This document shows positions 1-9,943 of a stretch of 64,000 bases of DNA, piece after piece (the stretch's first letter is position 1; every line of letters starts with the position of its first letter). The DNA comes from an uncultured Gammaproteobacteria bacterium (GTDB taxonomy: Bacteria; Pseudomonadota; Gammaproteobacteria; SZUA-229): positions 2,675 to 66,674 of the forward strand of contig CAVRHW010000034.1 in NCBI GenBank assembly GCA_963721085.1, in the 5' to 3' direction. The position numbers were made by a program, and so were the translations under genes. The notes under the pieces are model-generated. The model saw only the letters and a list, made by a program, of their open reading frames with translations. It was not told where the DNA came from and searched no databases.

Positions 1-89
1 TGCCCTTCGTCGCCGCCGACATCGTGCGGCTGGCGCTGCTGATCATTTTCCCTGCCATCGTGCTGTTCCTGCCGCAGACCATGAAATAG
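1..89 (+). CDS. 3' end of a TRAP-type transporter large permease (DctM-like), truncated by the window edge
   Basis: Frame 3 reads PFVAADIVRLALLIIFPAIVLFLPQTMK* with TAG at 87-89. This is a hydrophobic terminal helix of the kind seen at DctM C-termini. The fragment is very short. Confidence 0.4.
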   Translation, partial: PFVAADIVRLALLIIFPAIVLFLPQTMK

Positions 90-193
90 TCGGACAGGAA
101 CCACGAGCAACGTTGGCCAGAGACGCCTGGTTGAGACGCTCGCACTCGACGGTGTTTGACAGGACGACTACCTGTCGCTTGTCGAAAGGCCGA

Positions 194-2029
194 TCAGTTC
201 TTCTCCAAGCTCTTCTGCCTTTCCCCGTTGCCGAACTGGCGCGCAAGGAGTTCCATGCCGATCAGGTGCAGGCGCGCAGTGCCTTCTGTCGACGCGTATT
301 CGACCATGTCGTCAAGCTCTTCGCGACTCCATTCCAGAATGTGGGCAAGCCAGCCGCCGAGCAGTATCTTCTCACATCCCTGTGTGTAGGAATACGTCAA
401 GGGAAACCCCAGTTCGGTGCCGTGACGTTCTGCTTCGGCAGGTATTTCTTGGCGACGGACCGCAACAGCCATTTCGATTTGCCCTTCCTTATTTTGTAGC
501 GGGAAACAGATCCAACGCGAAATCGATGATGTCGTTTTCAAGGAACGGGACCCGCAGTTCGACTGAGGCGGCCATGCTCAACCTGTCATGGCGATATAAA
601 AGGTTCTGCAGATGCATCTGGAGATCGTAAAGCCCCGCTGTCGCCGCAGCGCGCTCATAATGGCGGGGAACGGCTCGGAAATGTTCCATCAATCGCGACG
701 GAACGAAGTTCAAGCGAGGCGAAAGTCCGCGTAGAATAGCATGTCGCTCACCGTGATTGGCCGAACCCATGGAATGGAAGAGAGGTGCGAACGCCAGCCG
801 GTTGCGAACTCTTCTTTGTCTACGGGTGCTCATAAGGATACGCCACGGATAATCAGCCTTCTCCAGGGTTTTGCGGACTGCGCGTGCCATCCATATCCAC
901 CGAACAGCTCGTCGGAGCCCTCCCCCGTCAGCAGGACCTTGATGCCGTCATGTTTGCACTGCTGCGTCACCTCGTACAGGGCGGGTGTGCTGACCAAACC
1001 GATGTTCAACTCCATATGGAAGACACAATTCGGCATGTTGCGCAGATAAATTTCGCGATTGATGGATACCGGTCGGATCTCCACATCGGCACAGATCCCG
1101 GTCCGTTCGGCAGCTTCCCGCTCATTGACGCCGGTATCCGGATCGACAACGTATCCATGATAATCTGGAACGTGCCGTTTTGCGAAAACCGTAACCAGAC
1201 CGGAATCAATTCCTCCGCTGCACGCTGTGGCCAGCGGTGCGTCCGATATGCAGTGGATTGCGACGCTGTGCTGCAGGAGGGCGTCCAGTTTCTCGATAGA
1301 ACATCGGTGCGTTCGTCGTCCGCAAGCCTGTCCGGATCGACATCGTCAAACACGCTCCAGAATGATTTCTCTTCAATGCCGCTGGATGTAATCTTCCAGC
1401 AGCTTCCGGGTGGAATACGCCTGATTCTGCGGAAGACACCGGAGACGCTGTCGGAGCTTTGTGCCAGGAGTTTCAACGTTATGGAACGGGTCGAAAGCTC
1501 CACCGGAAAGGAATCGACCGCGAGGATACCCTTGTCTTCGGATGCGAAATAGAAACTGCCGGCGTGTTCCGCACAGGAAATCGTCTTGATCCCCAGCCGG
1601 TCCCTCGCAATCCACAAGGCGTTGTGCCTGCGGTCAAAATACGCGAAGGCGAACATGCCGTCGAAGCGGCGGAGCTGAATTCGACACCCCATACATGCAG
1701 GGCGTTCAGCACGACTTCCGTATCGCAATGTCCAGTGAAGTGAACGCCCTCTTTCTCAAGGTCAAGGCGCAGTTCCCGGAAGTTGTAGACCTCGCCGTTG
1801 TAGACGATAATTCCGTTTCCGTCGGCTGTCCGCATGGGTTGGCTGCCGCGTTTGGATGGGTCAATCACCGCCAGTCGGCAATGCCCGAGAAAGCCAGTCG
1901 ATCTTCGTGATGGTAACCTTGTCCATCGGGTCCACGGTGTTCGATTGCGGCGACCATTGCCCTGACGTCAGCCAGATCCCGTTCACTGACCTGCCCATCA
2001 AAACGCCAGACGCCGGCGATCCCGCACAT
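194..2029 (-). pseudogene. Glutamine-hydrolysing asparagine synthase (AsnB family, EPS-cluster type), broken into six frame segments
   Basis: Minus-strand pieces starting at 2029 (MCGIAGVWRFDG..., Cys2 nucleophile), then 1868-1479, 1728-1006, 1084-830, 890-489 and 541-194 lie in different frames. Together they read one AsnB: VYNGEVYNFRELR, FDGMFAFAYFD, LLTGEGSDELFGGY, DRLSMAASVELRVPFLE. At least 5 frame changes. Confidence 0.85.
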
Positions 2030-2644
2030 CTAGCAACGTCCTTTGTCAGCCGTTGCGCTATAGCCAATCGGTTTCGACAGCGACACAGCGTCCCGGACTG
2101 TAAGATGAAGCTTTGCAACTGGCGGAGCTTCGAAATACCGGAGACAAGTGGCAATCGGTTATGAATGGCATGTGGAAACCGAAACCTGGGGTGCAATGAC
2201 ATCTGTTACTGTGTACCTACAGTATTGTTTGTGCCTGGTGCATGACATGAAGCGCACATCATCACCTATCGGGATGCAGGGCAAGTCATTGAACCGATTG
2301 CCTTGCAATAAACGGTATTTGACTGCTGATTTATCTGGAGACCGGTGGGCCACGAGCGCCAAAGTCATGCCTCGAACATCTTCGATTTCCTCAAGATCGG
2401 AACATGCATCGCCCAAATCGAGCTGGTTTCCGTTCGATGCAACGGACTACTCACCACTTGCCACGGTTTTGTGACTGTTGTCGACCTGGGCGCTCTGCCA
2501 CCGACAATTCGTGCATCATTCATCGAACGATCGAGACTTCTCCGAATTCGGGCCGGACCTGTATTGAGAGCAGAATGAAGTCGTATGGACGATGAACGAC
2601 ATCCTGTCACAACCGGATAATGCCAGAGGCTCTTCAGGATCGCG

Positions 2645-2863
2645 TTGGAAGGATGCCTTGGCAAATACGGCCCTAATGCGCTGCCGGAGGCCGAGGCCCC
2701 CTCAGTTGCAATGGATTTCCTGCAGCAATTCCTCTGTTCCCTGATCTTCATACTGCTTGCCGTCACGTCATCCATGCTCACTGCCATGGAGTTCGAGAAT
2801 GGTGGAACAAGCGCAGGTCAGCCGGTAGACGAACTACATAGCGTAGTTCGTCAGTCCGGCTGA
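2645..2863 (+). pseudogene. Possible remnant of the N-terminus of a P-type cation-transporting ATPase
   Basis: The ORF reads ...KYGPNALPEAEAPSVAMDFLQQFLCSLIFILLAV..., which resembles the conserved YGPN-L-E...FL-QF...LI-ILL segment before TM1 of P-type ATPases. The rest of the protein is absent. Confidence 0.3.
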
Positions 2864-2878
2864 CGGTACTGCTGTTGA

Positions 2879-3926
2879 TCATCTGAATTCGGCAATGAAG
2901 CGGCCAATGGCAACATTGAGATGGTGGCGGCGATCACCATTGACCCGGACCGCGACCACAACAACAATCCTCTCGGGATCGATGCTGCCAGCAGCATTGC
3001 CGACTTGACGAGACGACGAGCGTGCTGGCCGCATCCGGCGGCGCCTCCTGTCTATCATTGCCGAGATGGCGCCTTCTCGCCGGCTTCTTCGACCTAGCCA
3101 GGCGGTTGCCGTGCGGTTTTCGGGGATCGTCTCGTAGACGGGAGCTTGACGGCACCAGGCGAAGAGGAACCCCTTTTCCCGGCATCGCTGTAGAAATCCG
3201 CATCGCCGCCTCCGATGAAGTCGAACTTCGGATCGAGATGCGGCCGCGGCATTACCTCGATCACATTGCAGCCGATCATCACATTGCCGGACGAATAGAG
3301 GATGGGAACGATCCCGGTTTGGTCATAGGCGGCATGAACACTGGATGCTGGCGCCAGCGATCGAGTTCCGGCGCAGGAAAGACGGGCAGTTGCGGTGCGC
3401 CGACGATATCGGCCTTCAGAGCAAGCGGTATCGAGAAGTTCTCAGCCGATCGGGATCGGCAATCTCGTCGTCATCGATCACGGCGATCTGATCGAGATGG
3501 GGAAAGACGTCGAGAACGGTTTGCCAACCGGCATTGTAGGCGTGGCAGTTTCCGCGCCGATGGGCAAGCACGACGAGCCCTGGCATGCCCGATCGCCCTA
3601 GAAGAGCGTTGCTGCGTCCGCACCTGCTTTCCTTCGACATCATTTTCCATGACGACGATCGCAAAAGCCTCGTTCAGGCGCTGCTGTTCCAGCGATCGCA
3701 GGGTTCTATCCAACTGGTCCGGCCTTCGGAAGGTAGGGATCGTGACGACGGTCTTGAACCGGTCCCGATCCGATGGTAGCCCGTCATATGCGATGCTGAC
3801 ATCGATGTCGTCGTACGGACCATTCGGCGGTAAAGTGCGGCTGGTGTCCTGCAAAGGCATTCCCGATGGTTTGAGCTGGACATGTAGTTGTCCGGCATAT
3901 TGCAATATTGCGGCCCTGCGATCCAT
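2879..3926 (-). pseudogene. Family-2 glycosyltransferase, frameshifted (at least 3 frame segments)
   Basis: Four segments read one GT2: 3926-3471 (VVTIPTFRRPDQLDRTLRSLEQQ, FAIVVMENDVEG), 3664-3416 (AHRRGNCHAYNAGWQ..IAVIDDDEIADPD), 3282-3094 (FDFIGGGDADFY), and a further frame (GFLFAWCRQAPVYETIPENRTATAWL) running to TGA at 2881-2879. Confidence 0.7.
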
Positions 3927-4098
3927 ATCAGCGTTCGAGAACTAACAAGCCGCCGTGAAACCGCATGAATTGTTCCGCTGTACGCTGGAACCCGAAATGC
4001 GACAACCGGCCGTTCATAATTGACGGATAATCTTGCCGGAAGCCAAATTCGTACCGGTTTGCCGAATTCCGACCAACTTTGAACGATGGAAGTCAACG

Positions 4099-5172
4099 AT
4101 GCGTTTGATATTTCTGACATCGCTTCTGCCGGTCAGAAATCCGGGTTCCGGTTTTGACATAGCCAATCGGGTCATCGTCGATCTGATCGTCGAATATGGG
4201 GCAGACATACGACTTGTGGGCTATGCGACGCCGGGGATGCAACTCGCTTACCCGGAGCGTTCCATTGTCCTTGGTGTCCAGGACATCACCAATGCACGAG
4301 CCAGCGCAATCAGCAAACTTGCCTGGATTGCGACCGCATTTGCAAACCGCACGACAGTCTCTTCTGCCAAGATGCTGGCTTGCGGCGCACAGGTCGTTCG
4401 CGAAGCTCTGGAACGGTCAGGAGAGGTCGATGGGGTCATCCTGAACTCGGTTCAGTTGCCGGGGGCGTATCCAGATCTCGTTGCGCGGTTCCCCTCGATA
4501 TACATAGCCCATAATGTCGAATGGCGAACCGCCCTGGAAAACGCCCGGTTCGCCGGCAGTCCGGTGGAACGTTTTCTGTTTCGTCGCGAATCCCGTATCC
4601 TGAAGAAGTTCGAACGCCATTTGTGCGATACGGCGCGCTTCGTGTGGACGCTTGCCGAGGATGATCGCCGCTTGCTGGGTATCGATGCCGACGACATATC
4701 CGCCTTCCTTCCCCTGGTAACCAGAACGGCACCTCCGGACGGTCCGGTCGCGGCACGTACGGTGGTTTACGATATCGGGATGATCGGAAACTGGAGCTGG
4801 CAGTCCAACCGTATCGGTCTTGAATGGTTCCTCTCCGAAGTTGCACCTCTGTTGCCGGCCGATTATTCGATCGCCATCGCCGGTGAAGCCGCGAAACCGC
4901 CGGAAATACCGCATCCCGGCGTAGAGTTTCTTGGCCGTGTAGCAGACGCGCGTAATTTCGTTTGCAACTCGTCCGTAATGGCTCTGACCAGTCGAGCGGG
5001 CACAGGCGTGCAATTGAAAACGATCGAGACCTTCGAACTCGGTCTGCCGAGCGTTGCCACCCGGTCCGCCTTGAGGGGTATTGCGGAGGTGCCGGCCAAT
5101 TGCATTGCTGCGGACGAACCGGTTGCGTTTGCCGCAGCACTCGTTTCCAGGTTGAAGAAGCCAGGCGCATAG
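4099..5172 (+). CDS. Family-4 (GT-B) glycosyltransferase
   Basis: Intact ORF. The likely start is ATG 4099 (MRLIFLTSLLP...). The C-terminal half carries the GT4 pattern ...VMALTSRAGTGVQLKTIETFELGLPSVAT... Confidence 0.7.
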   Translation: MRLIFLTSLLPVRNPGSGFDIANRVIVDLIVEYGADIRLVGYATPGMQLAYPERSIVLGVQDITNARASAISKLAWIATAFANRTTVSSAKMLACGAQVVREALERSGEVDGVILNSVQLPGAYPDLVARFPSIYIAHNVEWRTALENARFAGSPVERFLFRRESRILKKFERHLCDTARFVWTLAEDDRRLLGIDADDISAFLPLVTRTAPPDGPVAARTVVYDIGMIGNWSWQSNRIGLEWFLSEVAPLLPADYSIAIAGEAAKPPEIPHPGVEFLGRVADARNFVCNSSVMALTSRAGTGVQLKTIETFELGLPSVATRSALRGIAEVPANCIAADEPVAFAAALVSRLKKPGA

Positions 5173-5484
5173 GTTTCGCCACTGCTGACGGCAGGCTTTT
5201 TCACGCTGCACAGATACGGAATATGAGGGGTTCACTTGCGCGTGGGCTTGCGCGTTTGGGCAGTCGGGCCTAAACGAAACTGCGGCATATTAAGCTGTTG
5301 GCTAATTGTTAACACATTTTCATTTTTATTAGATCGTTAACATTCCCATATGGTAGTCGGGTCCCTATATGGGGAACTGATCTAATCGGAACACCAAAGC
5401 CGCAAACCTGATTTATGGCTTGTCCTCCGAGTGGAGACATGTAATCGCCGTCGGTGAAAGCCGGCCAATCCGGGTTTTGCCGCT

Positions 5485-6297
5485 ATGCTGGAGAGCTGTG
5501 AATCGATGATGCGGGAGATCGAACTCTTCCCGAGCATGGACATCAACGGCATCGAAGTTGCCGAGATGGATCGGGATTTTGCTATGGATTTCCTGCGTCG
5601 GGCCGTGTTCGGAGAGCGGCAGACACGGGTCGCCTTTCTGAACGCCAACAATTCGAATCTGGCAACCGGAGACTTCCGTTACCGACAGGCGCTGGGTGAC
5701 TGTACGATCCTGTCCGACGGAGTCGGCGTCGACCTGGCGGCGAAGTTTCTTCACGGCAGGCCTTTTCCTGCCAATCTCAATGGTACCGATCTCATTCCCG
5801 CAATGCTGGCCTTCATCGACAAACCGCTGCGGGTAGCCCTCGTGGGCGGGCGTCCAATCGTGCTGAAAAAAGCTCGGCAGGCGTTCTCGACGCTTGCGCC
5901 TGTTCATGAGTTCATGGCAGTGACGGATGGTTTTTTTGGTGTCGATGATACCGGAACCGTTCTGCAGAAGCTGGCCGCGGCACGCGCCGATATCGTGCTG
6001 GTTGCCATGGGCAGCCCGCTTCAGGAACTTTGGATCCACGATAATATTCGCGCCGAACACGGCAGGTTGATTATTGGTGTCGGAGCGCTCTTCGATTTTG
6101 TCGCCGGGGTGGTCCCCAGGGCTCCGGAATGGACGCGCAGAATTCGCTGCGAGTGGGTATTCAGGTTGCTGCTCGAACCGAAACGCCTGTGGCGCCGCTA
6201 TATCCTCGGCAACCCCAGGTTTGTATTCAATACCGTACTCTATAAATACGCCGGGCGGCGCAGACCATGCGGGACTGCGGCGGCTGATTCGACCTGA
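5485..6297 (+). CDS. WecB/TagA/CpsF-family (GT26) glycosyltransferase
   Basis: Intact 270-aa ORF with family hallmarks: DGVGVDLAAKFLHG, VALVGG, VAMGSPLQELWI, IGVGALFDFVAG, PRAPEWTRRIRCEWVFRLLLEPKRLWRRY. Confidence 0.85.
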   Translation: MLESCESMMREIELFPSMDINGIEVAEMDRDFAMDFLRRAVFGERQTRVAFLNANNSNLATGDFRYRQALGDCTILSDGVGVDLAAKFLHGRPFPANLNGTDLIPAMLAFIDKPLRVALVGGRPIVLKKARQAFSTLAPVHEFMAVTDGFFGVDDTGTVLQKLAAARADIVLVAMGSPLQELWIHDNIRAEHGRLIIGVGALFDFVAGVVPRAPEWTRRIRCEWVFRLLLEPKRLWRRYILGNPRFVFNTVLYKYAGRRRPCGTAAADST

Positions 6298-6552
6298 GCG
6301 ATTTTCCGCAATCGTCCCAAGAACACCTATCAGGTACCAGTGCTGGGTCGCTTCCTGCTGAAAGCAGAATTGCACGTCTTCCACATTGAACTCGCCCGTA
6401 TTGCGCAGTACACAATCATTCGGCTGGCCGTATTTGGCTTTGTGATACGAATGGTGGAATTGGAGTTCCAGAGGTTACCGAGATATTTTCTCTGAGGAGG
6501 TCGGGGTCAGCGGAATTGTCCACGCATCAAGTAATGGAAACGAAAGTCTCCA

Positions 6553-7443
6553 ATGGGGCATAACAAGCGTACGGCAATTGTCACACCATCCTATAGTGGT
6601 GACTTTGAGCGTTGCAAATTGCTTTGCGAAAGCATCGACGTCAACATGCTCGGCGAATGGAGTCACTATATCCTCGTCGAAAGCGGGGACATGGACCTTT
6701 TCCGCGAGCTGGATTCCTCAAGACGGCACATCATCGATGAACGCGAGATACTTCCGGGTTGGCTCCGTGCTTTCAACGATCCTTTTTCGGGAGGAAAGCG
6801 TCGAGTGTGGCTGAGCCCCTTTACACCACCGCTACGCGGTTGGCACGTCCAACAGCTGCGAACTCTGGGTATCGGCCGCCTGATCGACGAAGATCTGATC
6901 CTGAGTGTAGATTCCGACGTCGTGCTCGTCAGAAAATTCGATCCCGTTTTGATGTGGGCCGGCGACACAATGCGTTTCTACCGGCGCGACAATGCGATAA
7001 CAGCGGGTATGGAGGAGCATGTCGGATGGTGCCGACGTGCCGCCCGGATTCTCAAGTTGGAAGACATCAGTGGCCCACCGCCTTTCCACGATTACGTCAA
7101 CACGCTGATCGGTTGGCGTCGTGAGACACTCAACGATATGCTCGACTACATCGAGAAGGTGAATGGGACGAGTTGGGTTCGGGCGATCGCCCGACGTCGG
7201 AATTTTTCCGAATGCATCATCTACGGTCGCTATGTCGATGAAGTTCTGGGTGGAGCCGGGCACCGGCCGGACCCTCGACCATTGACGCATGTTTTGTGGG
7301 GTAAGACAGGTGATGGAGAAACGCCAGTGGGTCTCGGGGACTTCATCGCCGGTTTGAATCCGGGACAGGTGGCCATCGGAATCCAGTCTTTCATCGGGCA
7401 TGACATCAATGACATACGGCGTCTGCTGGAGAGCAACGCCTAG
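6553..7443 (+). CDS. Conserved hypothetical protein of the EPS cluster (DUF6492-like, putative nucleotide-sugar transferase fold)
   Basis: Intact 296-aa ORF with codon bias like its neighbours. The N-terminal TPSY..DFERCKLL and DSD motifs resemble the GT-A-like DUF6492 family. The function call is weak. Confidence 0.5.
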   Translation: MGHNKRTAIVTPSYSGDFERCKLLCESIDVNMLGEWSHYILVESGDMDLFRELDSSRRHIIDEREILPGWLRAFNDPFSGGKRRVWLSPFTPPLRGWHVQQLRTLGIGRLIDEDLILSVDSDVVLVRKFDPVLMWAGDTMRFYRRDNAITAGMEEHVGWCRRAARILKLEDISGPPPFHDYVNTLIGWRRETLNDMLDYIEKVNGTSWVRAIARRRNFSECIIYGRYVDEVLGGAGHRPDPRPLTHVLWGKTGDGETPVGLGDFIAGLNPGQVAIGIQSFIGHDINDIRRLLESNA

Positions 7444-7447
7444 ACAC

Positions 7448-8719
7448 TCATATCACTCGGCGTTCCGGCTTCCGCAGGTATAGATAGGTCAAGATGAAGG
7501 ATACCAGATAGACGGCCAGGAATATGCCGTTCAGAAGCCGGATCCAGATCTCGACCTCGGTGTTGTACAGCAGTACCAAGGAAAGAAGCCCGCCCTTTAC
7601 CAAACCGATTATGGCCATGTTGACGGTGCGGCGGACGGTCTGGCCGGAGGCGTAGAGCAGTTCGGATTGATATTCTGTGAGGTTACGCAGGGCCGGGACC
7701 GCAAAAACGAGGATCAGTAGCGGAGACACGACCGAAACGTTCGATCCCAGCGCATTGGGATATATTGACAGAAAGCCGGCGAGCACGAGCAACGCTGCCG
7801 TCGAAATCGCGGCGATTGCAATCTCGATCGACAGGCGCGTACGTATTGTGGCCAGCGTGTCCCACGAACGCATCACCGCCTGCACGAGCATCATGTTGAA
7901 GGAGCGTATGGGAAGCGCTGTAAGGTCCACGAGCCGCATGATGATGGCATAGATACCGGCTGTTTCCGGGTTGCTCAGAGACAGCATCAACAGCTTGTCG
8001 AGCTCGGACTGCAGGTAGAATAGGATTTCGGCTGCCGCCACCGAGACAGAATCGCGCCAGCGGCGCATATAGAGCGCCGGATGCCACCTCAAAGGCTGTC
8101 TGGGATAAAACAGAGCGACGGCGAGGATGGCGATCACGCAATTGGCAGCGAAATAGTACCAGACCCAAATCGCAAGCGTCGTTGTCGCACCGAGCGAGAA
8201 GACGACTGCTGCAACTGCCCGAAGTGCGGAACCGGCGACAACGAGAATGGCGGCTTTGTCAAAACCGCCCATTCCGTTGCGCACGATCATGACGACTTCG
8301 GCGGTACGCCACAGATAGACTTCGGCGATGATGATGACGATGAAGGGCCCGAACGAAAGGTCGCCGCGAAAGACAAGGAAATAAAACATTGCCGCCGCGA
8401 TGAGAACCACTGGTATGGAGATAATGACGGCGGCGAGATAGCCTGCCGTATAGACGCCGATCAGTCTCGGTTTGACTGTCGCTATCCGGTAAAGGGGCGA
8501 CGTGAATCCAAAACCGGCGATCCGCGACAGCACCATGCCGGTGGCCGTTGCAGTCGCGAACAGGCCGAATTCGGCTATCGACAAAGTATTCGCGATGGTC
8601 ACGAAATAGACCAGGGATATGACAAGACGGCCCGCGGAACCTCCGAGTGCCCAGAAATAGCCGCGAAGAATACCTATGTGACGCGAAATAAACTCAAGCC
8701 AGCGATTGGGCACGGACAT
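7448..8719 (-). CDS. Polysaccharide flippase / oligosaccharide translocase (MOP superfamily, Wzx-like)
   Basis: Intact 423-aa ORF. It is very hydrophobic, with about 12 predicted helices, and sits inside a glycosyltransferase cluster. Confidence 0.7.
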   Translation of the reverse strand: MSVPNRWLEFISRHIGILRGYFWALGGSAGRLVISLVYFVTIANTLSIAEFGLFATATATGMVLSRIAGFGFTSPLYRIATVKPRLIGVYTAGYLAAVIISIPVVLIAAAMFYFLVFRGDLSFGPFIVIIIAEVYLWRTAEVVMIVRNGMGGFDKAAILVVAGSALRAVAAVVFSLGATTTLAIWVWYYFAANCVIAILAVALFYPRQPLRWHPALYMRRWRDSVSVAAAEILFYLQSELDKLLMLSLSNPETAGIYAIIMRLVDLTALPIRSFNMMLVQAVMRSWDTLATIRTRLSIEIAIAAISTAALLVLAGFLSIYPNALGSNVSVVSPLLILVFAVPALRNLTEYQSELLYASGQTVRRTVNMAIIGLVKGGLLSLVLLYNTEVEIWIRLLNGIFLAVYLVSFILTYLYLRKPERRVI

Positions 8720-8775
8720 TCACCAGTAGCGGTTGTTTCAACCTCTGTCGAATGCAAAGGCTAGCGTAGGAAACC

Positions 8776-9852
8776 ATGCGGGATTGTCTCACTCATTCCT
8801 TAACACGCCGTTCCGTGCTCAAGGCTACGGGCGCGGCCGTTGTTGCGGGATTGAGTCCCGTATCCGCGCCTTCGGCTGAACGCAATCACCGAGTGCCGTT
8901 CGGTGCTGCTTTGGAATATTCGCACTTTCTCGAGGATTCCGACTACACGGCACTATTCGTGCAGTATTGCGATCTTATCTTTCCAATGAATGCGTTGAAG
9001 TGGGATCAGATCCACTACGAGGAGGAATCATACAATTTCCTGCCTTCCGAAGGGATCGTCGGATTTGCCGACCGACTGCAACGCGGTAGCTACGGCCACA
9101 CCTTCGTATGGTGGAATGCCATACCTCCCTGGGTGGAAGCAATATCCTCGCGGGCCGATGCGGAAGCGGCTCTGGTCGGACACATTCGATCGGTTGCAGG
9201 CCATTTCTCGGACCGCGTTTCCGCTTGGGACGTGGTCAATGAGGTCATCGCCCATGATCCGCGTGAAGACGGCGTGTGGCGGGACAGTGTCTGGATGCGG
9301 CTGCTCGGTCCCGAGCACGTCGACATCGCCTTCGCGGCCGTGGCCGAGGCCGCACCCGGCGTGCAGCTCAACATCAACGACTATGACCTGGAAGGGGAAG
9401 GACCGCGTTACGATGCTCGGCGCGCCGCGATACTCGATCTCGTTCGTCACCTTCAGAAGAGAGGATCGCGGGTCGATGCCGTCGGACTGCAGGGGCACCT
9501 CTATCCCGAGGTTCCGATTGATGCCAAGGGATTGGGGCGGTTCATTGCAGATCTGCAGGCGCTTGGCGTAAACTATCGCATCACGGAACTCGACGTCATC
9601 GACTGGAAGCTGCCTGCCGATATCGGTTTGCGGGACGAAATGGCCGCCAAACATGTGGACCGGTTTCTCGATGCCGCATTTTCAGCTGCACTGCCGCTAT
9701 CCGTCTCGACCTGGGGTCTTTCGGATCGCTATTCCTGGGTTGGTCAAGCCATGCCACACCGTGGCGGCGTGGCCAATCGTCCGCTGCCCTTCGATGTCGA
9801 CCTGAAACCGAAGCCGATGTTCGGGGTCATTGAGCGGTATGTGAATGCGTGA
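8776..9852 (+). CDS. Tat-secreted glycoside hydrolase family 10 (endo-beta-1,4-xylanase-like glycanase)
   Basis: Twin-arginine leader (SLTRRSVLKATGAAVVAG). GH10 acid/base motif WDVVNE and nucleophile motif ITELDV are both present in the intact 358-aa ORF. Confidence 0.8.
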   Translation: MRDCLTHSLTRRSVLKATGAAVVAGLSPVSAPSAERNHRVPFGAALEYSHFLEDSDYTALFVQYCDLIFPMNALKWDQIHYEEESYNFLPSEGIVGFADRLQRGSYGHTFVWWNAIPPWVEAISSRADAEAALVGHIRSVAGHFSDRVSAWDVVNEVIAHDPREDGVWRDSVWMRLLGPEHVDIAFAAVAEAAPGVQLNINDYDLEGEGPRYDARRAAILDLVRHLQKRGSRVDAVGLQGHLYPEVPIDAKGLGRFIADLQALGVNYRITELDVIDWKLPADIGLRDEMAAKHVDRFLDAAFSAALPLSVSTWGLSDRYSWVGQAMPHRGGVANRPLPFDVDLKPKPMFGVIERYVNA

Positions 9853-9943
9853 ACCAATTTCGTGTTAACCAAATGTTTTCCATGTCTGTTTACCTTGTAT
9901 TCACCAAAGAGTCTCAATTCCTTCCGCATACGGATACAGGCCG

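Noticed and set aside
5280-5345. Direct repeat GTTAACA-N20-GTTAACA in the AT-rich spacer upstream of the GT26 gene as a regulator site.
   Set aside because: The two 7-mers sit in an AT-rich stretch with no dyad symmetry and no nearby regulator to link them to. This could easily be chance.
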